DNA of 58,391 bases, taken from contig JAFAXZ010000017.1 of the NCBI GenBank assembly GCA_019240665.1, forward strand, positions 1 through 58,391, given 5' to 3'. Each line of letters starts with the position of its first letter. Positions within the stretch are counted from its first letter, which is position 1. A model generated the notes under the pieces. The model did no database searches. It worked only from the letters and a program-made list of their open reading frames with translations, and was not told the origin of the DNA. Source of the stretch: Pseudonocardiales bacterium. Lineage in GTDB: Bacteria > Actinomycetota > Actinomycetes > Mycobacteriales > Pseudonocardiaceae. Position numbers and translations under genes: made by a program. Shown here in pieces: positions 47,093 through 57,374 of this stretch.

Positions 47093-47926
47093 TCAACCGG
47101 TGTGTCCCGCGACGTCGTGCTGACCCGACCCGTCGTCGGACTGCGCCCAAGCATCCGGAGCCAAAGCCGTCCGGGCGAATGCCCGGTCCGCAGCGAGCGG
47201 ATCGACGAGACCCCCGTCGTCGTCAAGCCGGCCTTGCGCCGTCCGGATCGCTTTCACGAGCACCGACGACGGAAGTCCGGCGACGGCGCCGAGCGCACTC
47301 AGCACATCGTCGGGTCGTACCGCAGGGCTGCCCTGTCGCACGACCGCCATAAGTATCCCACACCGGCTGAACTGATCGGGCGCAGGCAGCACCGTCTGAC
47401 AATTCTCGACTTCCAGTGAAATGATCGCCGCCCGCGCGTCGAGCGACCGCCGGCCGTCCTTGGTGACGCGTTCGACGAGCAGCTTTGGAGTGGCGAGCAG
47501 CATGTGAGCCGCCTGCCGCAGCTGTTCATCGTCCAGTCCTCGGACCTCGATGCGCCAGGCGCTGGCCTCGATCCGCTCGGCGAGTCCGCCGGGACCGGCC
47601 AGCACCCCCTCGAGCACAGCGAGCCCATCGGGCAGTGCCGCGTCAAGTTCGGCGCGAACCACCCGGGGATCGACGTGCTCCACCAGCTGAATCTCGGCGT
47701 ATTCTGCTTCGCTGGCCGCTCCGGTAGTCGCCGCGCCCACCCAGGAGATCTTCGGATGCGGGCTGTAACCCTGCGAGTACGCCATCGGCAGACCGGCCCG
47801 CCGCAACGCCCGCTCGAAGGCTCTGGCGACGTCACGGTGTGAGGTGAATCGCAGCTTTCCACGCTTGGCATAGCGCAGCCGCACCTTGCAGACCGGGGCC
47901 GCGGAGGGATTGGGGCTCATCGACAA
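47093..47926 (-). CDS. Radical-SAM-associated protein (DUF2344 / TIGR03936-type, from memory)
   Basis: VRLRYAKRGKLRFTSHRDVARAFERALRRAGLPMAYSQGYSPHPKIS. Confidence 0.8.
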   Translation of the reverse strand: MSMSPNPSAAPVCKVRLRYAKRGKLRFTSHRDVARAFERALRRAGLPMAYSQGYSPHPKISWVGAATTGAASEAEYAEIQLVEHVDPRVVRAELDAALPDGLAVLEGVLAGPGGLAERIEASAWRIEVRGLDDEQLRQAAHMLLATPKLLVERVTKDGRRSLDARAAIISLEVENCQTVLPAPDQFSRCGILMAVVRQGSPAVRPDDVLSALGAVAGLPSSVLVKAIRTAQGRLDDDGGLVDPLAADRAFARTALAPDAWAQSDDGSGQHDVAGHTG

Positions 47927-47955
47927 CCTCTCGTGAATGCGTAACAGAGTGTTCT

Positions 47956-48009
47956 AGCACCTCAGGGCAGTCCAGCACCTCAGGGCAGTCCAGCGCATCA
48001 GGGCGGTCC
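47956..48009. repeat. 18-bp tandem repeat agcacctcagggcagtcc, 3 copies (third copy degenerate), in a divergent intergenic region
   Basis: Copies at 47956-47973 and 47974-47991 are perfect. The copy at 47992-48009 has 4 mismatches. Confidence 0.9.
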
Positions 48010-48118
48010 AGTACCCTCTTGCCACTCACGACCCCCTGCGCGTCCACGCCCTAGGCGCCTTACTAAGGTCACGGCGACGTTTCCTCGGGCCCATATCCCA
48101 TCCACCCGGAGGCTGCGG

Positions 48119-49624
48119 GTGTTGCTCCATCTCCTGCGGGTTGTCGTAGCCGTGCTCGCCCTGGCCGGTCCGCCACCCCCCGTGGTCGCCCGTGCGGCAC
48201 CCACGCTGCCGGACTGCTCCTCGACCGGTCGCCTGCTGCGCTACGTGGTGCTGTTCGACGCCGGGACACCCGATCAGCAGGCGGCGCGAGCGGTCCGGGC
48301 CGCCTGCGGCACCAGCACGGCCTACTACCCCCAGATCGGGGTAGGAGTCGTCACCTCTACCGAGCCGACATTTGCGGCCCGGTTCGGCCCCGCTCGCGCC
48401 TACAGCGCGCAGGCCGAGGCGGTCGTTCCCCCGCAGCGGGCCAAGCTGGCCAGCCCGATAGTCCCGCCCACCGCTGCCCGACTCCCCGGGGCGGCGAAGG
48501 TGCTGGGCGTCGACCGCTCGGCCGAGCAGTGGGACATGAAGCTGATCCACGCACCGCAGGCCAGAGCGATCAACCGGGGCAGCCCGGAGGTGCTGGTCGG
48601 GGTGTTGGACTCCGGGGTGGACGCGACGCACCCCGACCTGATCGCCGCAGTCGATCCCACCAGGTCAGCAGGGTGCCTATCCGGCAAGCCGGATCAAGCA
48701 CCCGGCGCGTGGAATCCCACCACGTCCTCGCACGGCACGCACGTAGCCGGGATCATCGCCGCGGCCGACGATGGGCGTGGCATCACCGGAGTGGCGCCCG
48801 GCGTCCGGTTGGCCTCGGTGAAGGTCGTAGACGACGAGGGGTTCATTTATCCGGAGTACGTCGTCTGTGGCTTCATGTGGGCAGCGCGGCAGCAGATGCG
48901 CATCGCCAACAGCAGCTACTTGCTGGACCCCTGGCTACTGACCTGCTCGGACGTACCAGGTCAGGCGGTGGCCTACGAGGCCGTCCGGCGTGCGGTCCAG
49001 TACGCAACGGCCCATGGCGTGCTCAGCATCGCCGCCGCCGGTAATGAACGGATGGACCTGGCCAACCCTCGGGAGGACCTGCGCAGCCCGGACAATGTGC
49101 CCGACCCACGGCCGCGCCCGGTGGACAAACACTGCGACGTGTTGCCTGCGGAGCTGCCCGGCGTGGTCGCGGTGTCCGCCGTTGGTGCCCAGCGCGTCAA
49201 GTCGGGGTATAGCTCATACGGGTTGGGCGTGGTCGCCGTGACGGCTCCGGGCGGGGACTGGACGCAGCCCCCAGGGGTGTCCCCCAGCGGGTGTGTCCTG
49301 TCCACCGTCCCTGGCGGGTACGGCTACGCGTGCGGCACGTCCATGGCGGCACCGCATGTCTCCGGGGTGGCGGCACTGCTCGCCTCCGTCCGGTCCAAGG
49401 CCGGCCCGCAGGAGCTGGCCACCCTGTTGCGCCAGCAGGCTGACCCGCTGCCGTGTCCAGTGCGCAGCAATGACGGCAATGACTCAGACGCCACGTGTAC
49501 CGGCAACAGCAATAACGGGTTCTACGGCCATGGCCTGGTGGACGCGCTGATGGCAGTGACCGCGCGGCCCACCGCCAGCCCCGGCTCAACGGACGTTGCC
49601 CGGACCTACCGGACTGAGCGGTAG
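48119..49624 (+). CDS. Secreted S8 (subtilisin-like) serine peptidase
   Basis: Signal-like N-terminus and the catalytic triad motifs VGVLDSGVD, HGTHVAGIIAA and GTSMAAPHVSG. Confidence 0.9.
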   Translation: MLLHLLRVVVAVLALAGPPPPVVARAAPTLPDCSSTGRLLRYVVLFDAGTPDQQAARAVRAACGTSTAYYPQIGVGVVTSTEPTFAARFGPARAYSAQAEAVVPPQRAKLASPIVPPTAARLPGAAKVLGVDRSAEQWDMKLIHAPQARAINRGSPEVLVGVLDSGVDATHPDLIAAVDPTRSAGCLSGKPDQAPGAWNPTTSSHGTHVAGIIAAADDGRGITGVAPGVRLASVKVVDDEGFIYPEYVVCGFMWAARQQMRIANSSYLLDPWLLTCSDVPGQAVAYEAVRRAVQYATAHGVLSIAAAGNERMDLANPREDLRSPDNVPDPRPRPVDKHCDVLPAELPGVVAVSAVGAQRVKSGYSSYGLGVVAVTAPGGDWTQPPGVSPSGCVLSTVPGGYGYACGTSMAAPHVSGVAALLASVRSKAGPQELATLLRQQADPLPCPVRSNDGNDSDATCTGNSNNGFYGHGLVDALMAVTARPTASPGSTDVARTYRTER

Positions 49625-51559
49625 CAGCTGCTGGCCGCCACTGGGTCCGCTGTTGATGGGTCCGCTGTGGCTGGGTCCGACCTGGATGTCGGTACCCATC
49701 GACGGGCAGACCCCGCAATCGAAGCAGGGGGTCCACCGGCAGTCGTCCTGCTCACGACCGGCCAGCGCGTCCTGCCAGTCGTCCCAGAGCCAGTCCCGGT
49801 CCAGGCCGGAGTCCAAGTGATCCCAGGGTAGGACCTCCTCGCGACCGCGCTCGCGGGTGGTGAACCACTCCAGCGACACGCCCTCGCGCGTCAGCTCGGC
49901 AGCGCACGCCGCGACCCACCGGTCGTAGCGAAAGTATTCGCTCCAGCCATCGAACCGTCCGCCGTCGCGCCACACTCGCTCGATCACCCGGCCGACCCGC
50001 CGGTCCCCACGGGAAAGCAGCCCCTCGATCAGTGAGGGCTTCCCGTCGTGGTAGCGCATGCCGACATTGCGGCCGATCCTGCGATCCGAGTTGATCTCGA
50101 CTCGAAGCTTCCGTAACCGCTGGTCAACCACATCGGGATGCTCTTGGGCAGCCCATTGAAACGGGGTGTGCGGCTTGGGCACGAAGGCGCCGATCGAGAT
50201 CGTGCACCGGATGTCCTTACTGCCACTGGCTTCCCGGCCGGCCCGGATCACCCGATGTGCCATACGGGCGATCTGCAGCACGTCGTCGTCGGTCTCGGTG
50301 GGCGCCCCGTACATGAAGAACAGAATCACCTGCCGCCAGCCCGCGCCGAACGCGGTGGAGACGGTGCGGATGAGGTCCTCCTCGGACACCATCTTGTTGA
50401 TCACACGACGGATCCGCTCGGAGCCGCCCTCGGGAGCGAACGTCAAGCCGGAACGGCGACCGTTGCGGGAGATCTCGTTGGCAAGGTCGATGTTGAAGGC
50501 GTCCACTCGGGTCGACGGCAGGCTCAGACCGGTGCCGCTGCCCTCGTAGCGGTCGGCCAGGCCTTTGGTGATCTCGCGGATCTCCGAGTGGTCCGCGCTG
50601 GACAGCGACAATAACCCGACCTCGCTGAACCCACTGGCCGCCAGACCGCGTTCGACCATCTCACCGATGCCCTGCGCCGACCGCTCCCGGACCGGACGGG
50701 TGATCATCCCAGCCTGGCAGAATCGGCAGCCGCGGGTGCAGCCGCGGAAGATCTCCACGCTCATCCGCTCATGCACACTCTCTGCAATCGGCACCAGCGG
50801 CTGCTTTGGATAGGGCCACTCGTCGAGGTCCATCGTGGTGCGTTTGGCCACCCGCTGCGGAGCCCGTTCGTTGTTGCGGACAACCTCGGCGATCCGACCA
50901 TCGGGAAGGTAACTGACGTCATAGCAGCCGGGCAGGTAGACACCGTCGATCTCGGCCAGCGCGCCCAGCAGTTCCTGCCGTCCGCCGGGACATCCGTGCG
51001 CCTTCCAGTCCCGTACGGCCCCAGTGATCTCGAGGACCACCTCCTCACCGTCCCCCAGAACCGCGGCATCGATGAAGTCGGCGATCGGCTCTGGGTTGAA
51101 CGCGGCGTGGCCCCCGGCGATGACGACGGGATGATCGTCGGTGCGCGCGTTCGCGGGTAAGGGGATCCCAGCGAGGTCCAGCGCGGTGAGCAGGTTGGTG
51201 TAGCCGAGTTCGGTGGCAAAGGACACTCCGAGCAGGTCGAAGGCTCCAACCGGCCGATGCGAGTCCACGGTGAACTGCGGGACACCGTGCTCACGCATCA
51301 GCATTTCCAGATCCGGCCAGACCGCGTAAGTGCGCTCAGCGAGCACGTCGGGCTGCTCGTTGAGCACCTCATAGAGGATCATGATTCCTTGGTTGGGCAA
51401 CCCGACCTCGTAGGCGTCCGGGTACATCAACACCCAGCGCACCGTGGCGCTGTCCCAGTCCTTCACGGTGGCGTTGAGCTCGCCTCCCACGTACTGCACT
51501 GGCTTGGAGACCCGGGGCAGCAGTAGCTCGAGCTGTTCGAACACCGATGTGACTGCCAT
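49586..51559 (-). CDS. B12-binding-domain radical SAM protein (TIGR03960-type, from memory)
   Basis: FRGCTRGCRFCQAGM motif. ATG at 51559 (MAVTSVFEQLELLLPRVSKPVQYVGGELN) is preferred over the ORF-track start. Confidence 0.85.
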   Translation of the reverse strand: MAVTSVFEQLELLLPRVSKPVQYVGGELNATVKDWDSATVRWVLMYPDAYEVGLPNQGIMILYEVLNEQPDVLAERTYAVWPDLEMLMREHGVPQFTVDSHRPVGAFDLLGVSFATELGYTNLLTALDLAGIPLPANARTDDHPVVIAGGHAAFNPEPIADFIDAAVLGDGEEVVLEITGAVRDWKAHGCPGGRQELLGALAEIDGVYLPGCYDVSYLPDGRIAEVVRNNERAPQRVAKRTTMDLDEWPYPKQPLVPIAESVHERMSVEIFRGCTRGCRFCQAGMITRPVRERSAQGIGEMVERGLAASGFSEVGLLSLSSADHSEIREITKGLADRYEGSGTGLSLPSTRVDAFNIDLANEISRNGRRSGLTFAPEGGSERIRRVINKMVSEEDLIRTVSTAFGAGWRQVILFFMYGAPTETDDDVLQIARMAHRVIRAGREASGSKDIRCTISIGAFVPKPHTPFQWAAQEHPDVVDQRLRKLRVEINSDRRIGRNVGMRYHDGKPSLIEGLLSRGDRRVGRVIERVWRDGGRFDGWSEYFRYDRWVAACAAELTREGVSLEWFTTRERGREEVLPWDHLDSGLDRDWLWDDWQDALAGREQDDCRWTPCFDCGVCPSMGTDIQVGPSHSGPINSGPSGGQQLLPLSPVGPGNVR

Positions 51560-51864
51560 GGTGCCTAGGGTAACGGCCGCGAACGCGGCCCCCTCCTTCT
51601 CCTGAACCGCCGCCTCCTGGGCCGCCGCGAAGGCCACCAGCGGCGCGCTGAACGCCATGCCACACAGCGCGGTAAAGACCAACGCGACCAGTATGGTGGA
51701 GTACCGAGCGATGAGCTCACGCGGCGAGCCCTCGGTGACGATCAACGCTGGTACCGCACCGCCAGCGCTGCAGCTCGGGCCTGGCGACGGCCCTTTGAGT
51801 GGACCGTCGCCAGGCCCGCAGAGTTACTAGATTAGCACATCCGCCCGGCGGGTGGCCGTTCAGA

Positions 51865-52374
51865 TCAATAAGCGAGCTTCTCAGCCAGCGTCTCGTACTC
51901 GAATTGCTCGTCATCACCGAACCACAGCTCAACCTCATACTTTGCTTCCGCGGAGTTACCCGAGGCGTGCACCAGGTTAATGATCGCTTTACCGCTCAGC
52001 TGAGACGAGGCCTTGGTCTGATGTGCGAAGTCGCCGCGGATGGTTCCCGGTGGTGCCTCGTCCGGATACGTGCTACCGATGATGGTGCGCACCTTGCGCA
52101 CGGCGTCCACACCTTCAAGCACAAGCGCGATCACGGGACCGGTCTGCATGAATGCCGCAGTGGTGTTGTAAACATCCGCTCCCAAACGTTCTTCGAGATC
52201 AAAGTAGTGCTGGCGGGTGAACTCCACATCCATGTGCTTCATCTTCACGCCAACGATCTTGAGCAGAGCATCCTCGAATCGCGCGACGATTCGACCCGCG
52301 AGTCCCCGGGCGACGGCGTCGGGCTTCAACAGAACAAGAGTGCGCTCGACACCCACGTCCGGCGAGTCAACCAT
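51865..52374 (-). CDS. ndk: Nucleoside diphosphate kinase, atypical variant
   Basis: ERTLVLLKPDAV, PGTIRGDF and NLVHASG (a catalytic-His context that differs from the usual HGSD), plus an insertion and a C-terminal extension. GGAAGGAAG RBS before the ATG at 52374. Confidence 0.85.
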   Translation of the reverse strand: MVDSPDVGVERTLVLLKPDAVARGLAGRIVARFEDALLKIVGVKMKHMDVEFTRQHYFDLEERLGADVYNTTAAFMQTGPVIALVLEGVDAVRKVRTIIGSTYPDEAPPGTIRGDFAHQTKASSQLSGKAIINLVHASGNSAEAKYEVELWFGDDEQFEYETLAEKLAY

Positions 52375-52593
52375 TTTCTTCCTTCCGATCATGTCCATGA
52401 CGATATACTTGGTTGCCGACGATGGTGACCGAACAGTCGTCCCCAGCCTTGGCACGGACGATGCGGACGCCACCCAGCAGCTGGAGCGTACCGGCGTGAC
52501 CACTTCCCGTGCGGCTTGGTGCCCACCCGTTGTCTGCGCATTCCAGGCATGGGCTCCGATGAAGAAGTCAGGCAGCATCCTGGCCGCATATCA

Positions 52594-52950
52594 CTATTTC
52601 TTACCACCACCACTGGCCGCCCAGCGCACGTACAGCAGGTAGCCCCAGACCATCACAAACAGCAAGCCCAGCCCACCTAGCGCGGGGTGAACAAACCAGC
52701 CGGCAACCATCGCAACCTGCAGCGTCAGGCCTAGTCCCAAGCCCCAGGGGCGGCGCTGCACGCAGGCCGCGACAACCATCGCCAGCGCCAGACCAGCGGT
52801 ATACCAGCCGGCCAATCCACCCAGCCCGCCGCCAATCCGGTCGACGACGAGCAGGGCCAGCCCGACGACGATCGCCTCCATCACCAGGATCCCCGCAAAG
52901 ATGCCGCGCAACCCCCGCAGCGGATCCGTCGGGACCGGCCGGTCGCTCAC
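52594..52950 (-). CDS. DUF4233-type small membrane protein
   Basis: Conserved position between folC and ndk, three hydrophobic helices, and an overlap with the folC stop. Confidence 0.75.
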   Translation of the reverse strand: MSDRPVPTDPLRGLRGIFAGILVMEAIVVGLALLVVDRIGGGLGGLAGWYTAGLALAMVVAACVQRRPWGLGLGLTLQVAMVAGWFVHPALGGLGLLFVMVWGYLLYVRWAASGGGKK

Positions 52951-54326
52951 TGCGGTTCGCGGCCGAACATGGCGCGCGCCTCGCCGACCGTCACCACCGA
53001 GCCAGTGATCACTATCCCAGCACCCAAGATGCCCTCGGAGCCAGGCTCGACCTCCGCTGCCGACGCTATGGCCGTCTCGATCGCGCCGAACAGCTGGGGT
53101 TCGACCCGCAGCCGAGACTCGTCGAAGACCGTCCGGGCCGCCGCGGCGAGGTCTTCGACGTCCATCGCGCGCGGCGAGCTACTGGCGGTGATCAAGATTT
53201 CGTCGGCCACCGGCTCCAGCTCCACGAGGATGCTGCGGGCATCCTTGTCGCGCATGACCCCCACCACGGCGATCAGCCTGCGGAAGCTGAAATCCTCGCG
53301 CAGTGCGGCCGCCAGGGCGCGCGCGCCATGCGGGTTATGCGCACCGTCAAGGAAAACCGAGGGCGCCGTGCGGACCCGCTCCAGCCGTCCCGGGGCGGTC
53401 ACCGTGGCGAAGGCGTCACGCACCGCGTCGATGTCCAGCGACCGATTGGCGCCCGCGCCGAAGAACGCTTCGGCAGCGGCCAGTGCGAGCGCGGCATTGC
53501 GGGACTGGTGCGCACCGTGCAGCGGAAGGAAGATCTCGTCGTACACCCCACCGAGACCCTGCAACCTCAGCTGCTGTCCGCAGGCGGCGACGTCGCGGTG
53601 CAGCACACCGAACTCCATGCCCTCGTTCGCCACGGTCGCGTCCATTTCAACGCTGCGGGCCGCGATCACTTGGGCCACCTCGGGCGGCTGCCGTGCGAGC
53701 ACCACCACCGCACCGGGCTTGATGATCCCGGCCTTCTCCGCGGCGATGCCCGCGATGTCGCTACCCAGATAGTTGACGTGATCCACGGCGACTGGAGTAA
53801 TCGCCGCCACCGCGCCGTCGACGACGTTGGTGGCGTCCCAGCTGCCACCGAGGCCGACCTCCACAACAGCGGCGTCCACCGGAGCGTCGGCGAAGGCCGC
53901 GAATGCCATCCCGGTCAGCACCTCGAACTTACTCATGGGCACCGGCGATTTGGCGTCGACCAGGGCCACGTACGGCTCGATGTCGTGATAGGCCTCGGCG
54001 TAGCGCTCCGGGCTGATCGGCGCCCCGTCCAGACTGATTCGCTCGGTGGCCCACTGCAAGTGCGGGCTGGTGTAGCGGCCTACCCGCAGCCCGATCTGGG
54101 ACAGCAATACATCCAGCATTCGGGCCACTGAGGTCTTGCCGTTCGTGCCGGCGATGTGCAGCACCGGATAGCTGCGCTGCGGCGAGCCGAGTAAATCGAC
54201 CAGGGCCGCGATCCGGGTCAGCGACGGCTCAATCCGGCTCTCCGGCCAACGGCGGTCCAGCTCAACCTCAACTGCCCGTAACGCAGCCGGCGCGGCATCC
54301 TCACGACGAACCGACGGCTGAGTCAT
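52947..54326 (-). CDS. folC: Bifunctional folylpolyglutamate synthase / dihydrofolate synthase
   Basis: Mur-ligase P-loop HIAGTNGKTS and the FolC layout. Confidence 0.92.
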   Translation of the reverse strand: MTQPSVRREDAAPAALRAVEVELDRRWPESRIEPSLTRIAALVDLLGSPQRSYPVLHIAGTNGKTSVARMLDVLLSQIGLRVGRYTSPHLQWATERISLDGAPISPERYAEAYHDIEPYVALVDAKSPVPMSKFEVLTGMAFAAFADAPVDAAVVEVGLGGSWDATNVVDGAVAAITPVAVDHVNYLGSDIAGIAAEKAGIIKPGAVVVLARQPPEVAQVIAARSVEMDATVANEGMEFGVLHRDVAACGQQLRLQGLGGVYDEIFLPLHGAHQSRNAALALAAAEAFFGAGANRSLDIDAVRDAFATVTAPGRLERVRTAPSVFLDGAHNPHGARALAAALREDFSFRRLIAVVGVMRDKDARSILVELEPVADEILITASSSPRAMDVEDLAAAARTVFDESRLRVEPQLFGAIETAIASAAEVEPGSEGILGAGIVITGSVVTVGEARAMFGREPQ

Positions 54327-54436
54327 CGCCAGTCACACTAGAGCGCCTGCTCGCGGAACTCACGCACCACGTCGGCGGTAGCATCCATCTTCAGCACGTC
54401 GAGGGTCGCGCTGCCATCGCGACTCTGCCTGGGCGC

Positions 54437-55708
54437 TCAGGCCGACTTCTCGCGGCGTTCGCGCCGGGTGGGCTGACGGGTCACGATTGTCGGGTTCACA
54501 TTTTCTCGCACAGTCTGCTCAGTGATGACCACCTTCGCCACGTCGTTGCGGCTGGGGATGTCATACATCACCGGCAGCAGTACTTCCTCCATGATGGCAC
54601 GCAACCCACGGGCGCCGGTACCGCGAAGGATGGCCTGATCGGCGATCGCCTCCAACGCGGTGCCGGTGAACTCCAGCTCCACGCCGTCCATCTCGAAGAG
54701 CTTGCAGTACTGCTTCGACAAAGCGTTGCGGGGCTCGGTGAGGATCTGCACCAGCGAGCACTTGTCCAGATTCGTCACGCTGGCAATTACCGGAAGCCGA
54801 CCGATGAATTCCGGGATCAGCCCAAATTTGATCAAATCTTCCGGCATGACATGAGCAAACACGTCAGAGGTGTCGATCTCGGTCTTGGACCGTAGCTCGG
54901 CGCCGAAGCCCAGACCCCGCTTGCCGATCCGATCATCGATGATCTTGTCCAGACCGGCGAACGCACCGGCGACGATGAACAGGACGTTCGTCGTATCGAT
55001 TTGGATAAATTCCTGGTGGGGGTGCTTGCGGCCGCCCTGCGGCGGAACGCTGGCGGTGGTGCCCTCCAGGATCTTCAGCAGTGCCTGCTGAACACCCTCA
55101 CCGGAAACGTCCCTGGTGATCGACGGGTTCTCCGACTTACGAGCGATCTTGTCGACCTCGTCGATATAAATGATGCCGGTCTCGGCTCGTTTGACGTCAT
55201 AATCTGCAGCCTGGATGAGCTTGAGTAAGATGTTCTCCACATCCTCACCGACGTAGCCGGCTTCGGTGAGGGCGGTGGCGTCAGCGATAGCGAAAGGCAC
55301 ATTGAGCAGCTTTGCTAAGGTCTGGGCCAGGTAAGTCTTTCCGCACCCGGTTGGACCGAGCATCAGGATATTCGACTTGGCCAGCTCGATCTCGTCGTCG
55401 CGACCCTTCTCACCGGCCTGAATACGTTTGTAATGGTTGTAAACAGCAACCGACAACGTTCGTTTGGCGTCGCCCTGGCCGATGACATACGCCTCAAGAA
55501 AGTCGTGGATCTCGCTGGGCTTGGGTAGTTCGTCGAGCTTGACGTCACCCGCGTCGACCAGCTCCTCCTCGATGATCTCATTGCAGAGGTCGATACACTC
55601 GTCACAGATGTACACGCCGGGTCCGGCGATGAGCTTCTTGACCTGCTTCTGACTCTTCCCGCAGAAGGAACACTTCAACAGGTCGCCGCCGTCACCGATC
55701 CGTGCCAT
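54437..55708 (-). CDS. clpX: ATP-dependent Clp protease ATP-binding subunit ClpX
   Basis: Zinc finger CSFCGK...CDECI, Walker A GPTGCGKT, and IGRLP. Confidence 0.98.
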   Translation of the reverse strand: MARIGDGGDLLKCSFCGKSQKQVKKLIAGPGVYICDECIDLCNEIIEEELVDAGDVKLDELPKPSEIHDFLEAYVIGQGDAKRTLSVAVYNHYKRIQAGEKGRDDEIELAKSNILMLGPTGCGKTYLAQTLAKLLNVPFAIADATALTEAGYVGEDVENILLKLIQAADYDVKRAETGIIYIDEVDKIARKSENPSITRDVSGEGVQQALLKILEGTTASVPPQGGRKHPHQEFIQIDTTNVLFIVAGAFAGLDKIIDDRIGKRGLGFGAELRSKTEIDTSDVFAHVMPEDLIKFGLIPEFIGRLPVIASVTNLDKCSLVQILTEPRNALSKQYCKLFEMDGVELEFTGTALEAIADQAILRGTGARGLRAIMEEVLLPVMYDIPSRNDVAKVVITEQTVRENVNPTIVTRQPTRRERREKSA

Positions 55709-55872
55709 GGGCGCTGGCCTCTCGTCCTTCCCGGCGCGTGGTGTGCAGCGCGCCTGACTGCGTGTGTGCTCGACGGTACCCGTCCCACCCCGCCGCGTGG
55801 AGGACTACCTTCCCTGACATTGACCGGCGGACTCGGCTCCGCTGCTCGCTCGGCGTGTTGTCCAACGCAGGG

Positions 55873-56529
55873 TCAGAGTCTGACTGCGGAGAGCTTCCGG
55901 ACCTGGGTGATGTCGTCAATGATCCCGTACTCCTTGGCCTCGGAAGCGGTCAAAAACTTGTCCCTGTCGATGTCGGCACGGATACGTGCCTCGGTCTGAC
56001 CGGTGTGGTGGGCTAGTGTCGACTCCATCAGGCTGCGCATGCGCTGGATCTCGGCGGCCTGAATCTCTAAGTCGGAGACCTGACCGTAGGCACCTTCCAT
56101 GGACGGCTGGTGGATGAGGATCTGGGCGTTGGGCACCGCCATCCGTTTACCCGGCGTGCCTGCGGCCAGCAGCACCGCGGCAGCCGATGCGGCTTGGCCA
56201 AGACAGACCGTCTGGATCTCCGGCCGGACGAATTGCATCGTGTCGTAGATCGCCGTCATCGCGGTGAACGACCCCCCCGGCGAGTTGATGTACATGGTGA
56301 TGAGACGGTCCGGGTCCGTGGACTCCAGCACAAGCAGCTGCGCCATCACGTCGTTGGCGGACGCGTCGTCGATCTGCACGCCAAGGAAGATGATGCGCTC
56401 CTCGAACAGCTTGTTATAGGGGTTGGACTCCTTGATTCCGTAGCTGGTGCGTTCCACGAACGAGGGCAGGACATATCGTGACTGGGGCATCCGATCGTGG
56501 GGCATAGCGCCTCCAGGCAGGTGGTTCAT
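55873..56529 (-). CDS. clpP2: ATP-dependent Clp protease proteolytic subunit 2
   Basis: ClpP core ([25 protein letters not shown]). It is second in the tig-clpP1-clpP2-clpX order. Confidence 0.93.
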   Translation of the reverse strand: MNHLPGGAMPHDRMPQSRYVLPSFVERTSYGIKESNPYNKLFEERIIFLGVQIDDASANDVMAQLLVLESTDPDRLITMYINSPGGSFTAMTAIYDTMQFVRPEIQTVCLGQAASAAAVLLAAGTPGKRMAVPNAQILIHQPSMEGAYGQVSDLEIQAAEIQRMRSLMESTLAHHTGQTEARIRADIDRDKFLTASEAKEYGIIDDITQVRKLSAVRL

Positions 56530-56545
56530 CGGGGCTCCTCGAAGC

Positions 56546-57184
56546 TCAGCGACTCGCGTCGGGCAGTGAGTTGGCGCGAGTCAGGACCTGATCGACAAAG
56601 CCGTACTCGCGGGCCTCTTCCGCAGTGAACCAGCGGTCGCGGTCGGCGTCAGCGATGATCCGCTCCACCGACTGGCCGGTCTGCTCGGCGATGAGCTCGG
56701 CCATCTCTCGCTTTTGCTTGGTGTAGACGTCGGCCTGAATAGCGATGTCCGACGCGGTACCGCCCACACCGGCTGAGGGCTGGTGCATGAGGATCCGGGC
56801 GTGCGGAAGGGCGTAGCGCTTGCCGCGGGTGCCTGCGGACAGCAGGAACTGCCCCATCGAGGCGGCTAGGCCCATCGCGTAAGTCGCCACGTCGGGTTCG
56901 ATCAGCTGCATGGTGTCGTAGATCGCCATTCCCGCGGTCAACGAGCCACCCGGCGAGTGGATGTAGAGCCGGATGTCCTGGTCGGGATCCTCCGCGGACA
57001 GCAGCAAGAGTTGGGCGCAGATCTGGTTGGCGATGTTCTCCTCGACCTGGGAGCCGAGCACGATGATGCGCTCGCGCAGCAGCCGCTCATACACCGAATC
57101 GGTCAGGTTGAGGCCAGCCGTGGCGGCCCGCGTCGCGGGGGCGTCCCGCAGCGGCACGGCCGAGGCGATGTGGTCGGAGGTCAC
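56546..57184 (-). CDS. clpP1: ATP-dependent Clp protease proteolytic subunit 1
   Basis: ClpP core ([25 protein letters not shown]). GTG at 57184 is preferred over the ORF-track start at 57295. Confidence 0.9.
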   Translation of the reverse strand: MTSDHIASAVPLRDAPATRAATAGLNLTDSVYERLLRERIIVLGSQVEENIANQICAQLLLLSAEDPDQDIRLYIHSPGGSLTAGMAIYDTMQLIEPDVATYAMGLAASMGQFLLSAGTRGKRYALPHARILMHQPSAGVGGTASDIAIQADVYTKQKREMAELIAEQTGQSVERIIADADRDRWFTAEEAREYGFVDQVLTRANSLPDASR

Positions 57185-57374
57185 GTGTGCCTGCCTTCTG
57201 TCATCAGGTCCACCTGCGGTGGGTGAGGGTCCGGTTCGGAGATCGGTCTGAACTCTGACGCTGTGGACACTGCCGACCCTAACGAAGGCGGCCACTGAAC
57301 TACTTCCTGGCGCGCCCGCCGTTCGCTCAGAGCGTTACGCCGGTCGCCGGGCTGAGTCACCCGGCGGATGCGGT

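Noticed and set aside
45675-47352. Two long plus-strand ORFs (347 and 490 aa) opposite rne and its upstream region
   Set aside because: Their products are Arg/Ser/Pro-rich mirror translations of the rne coding sequence, with no motifs.
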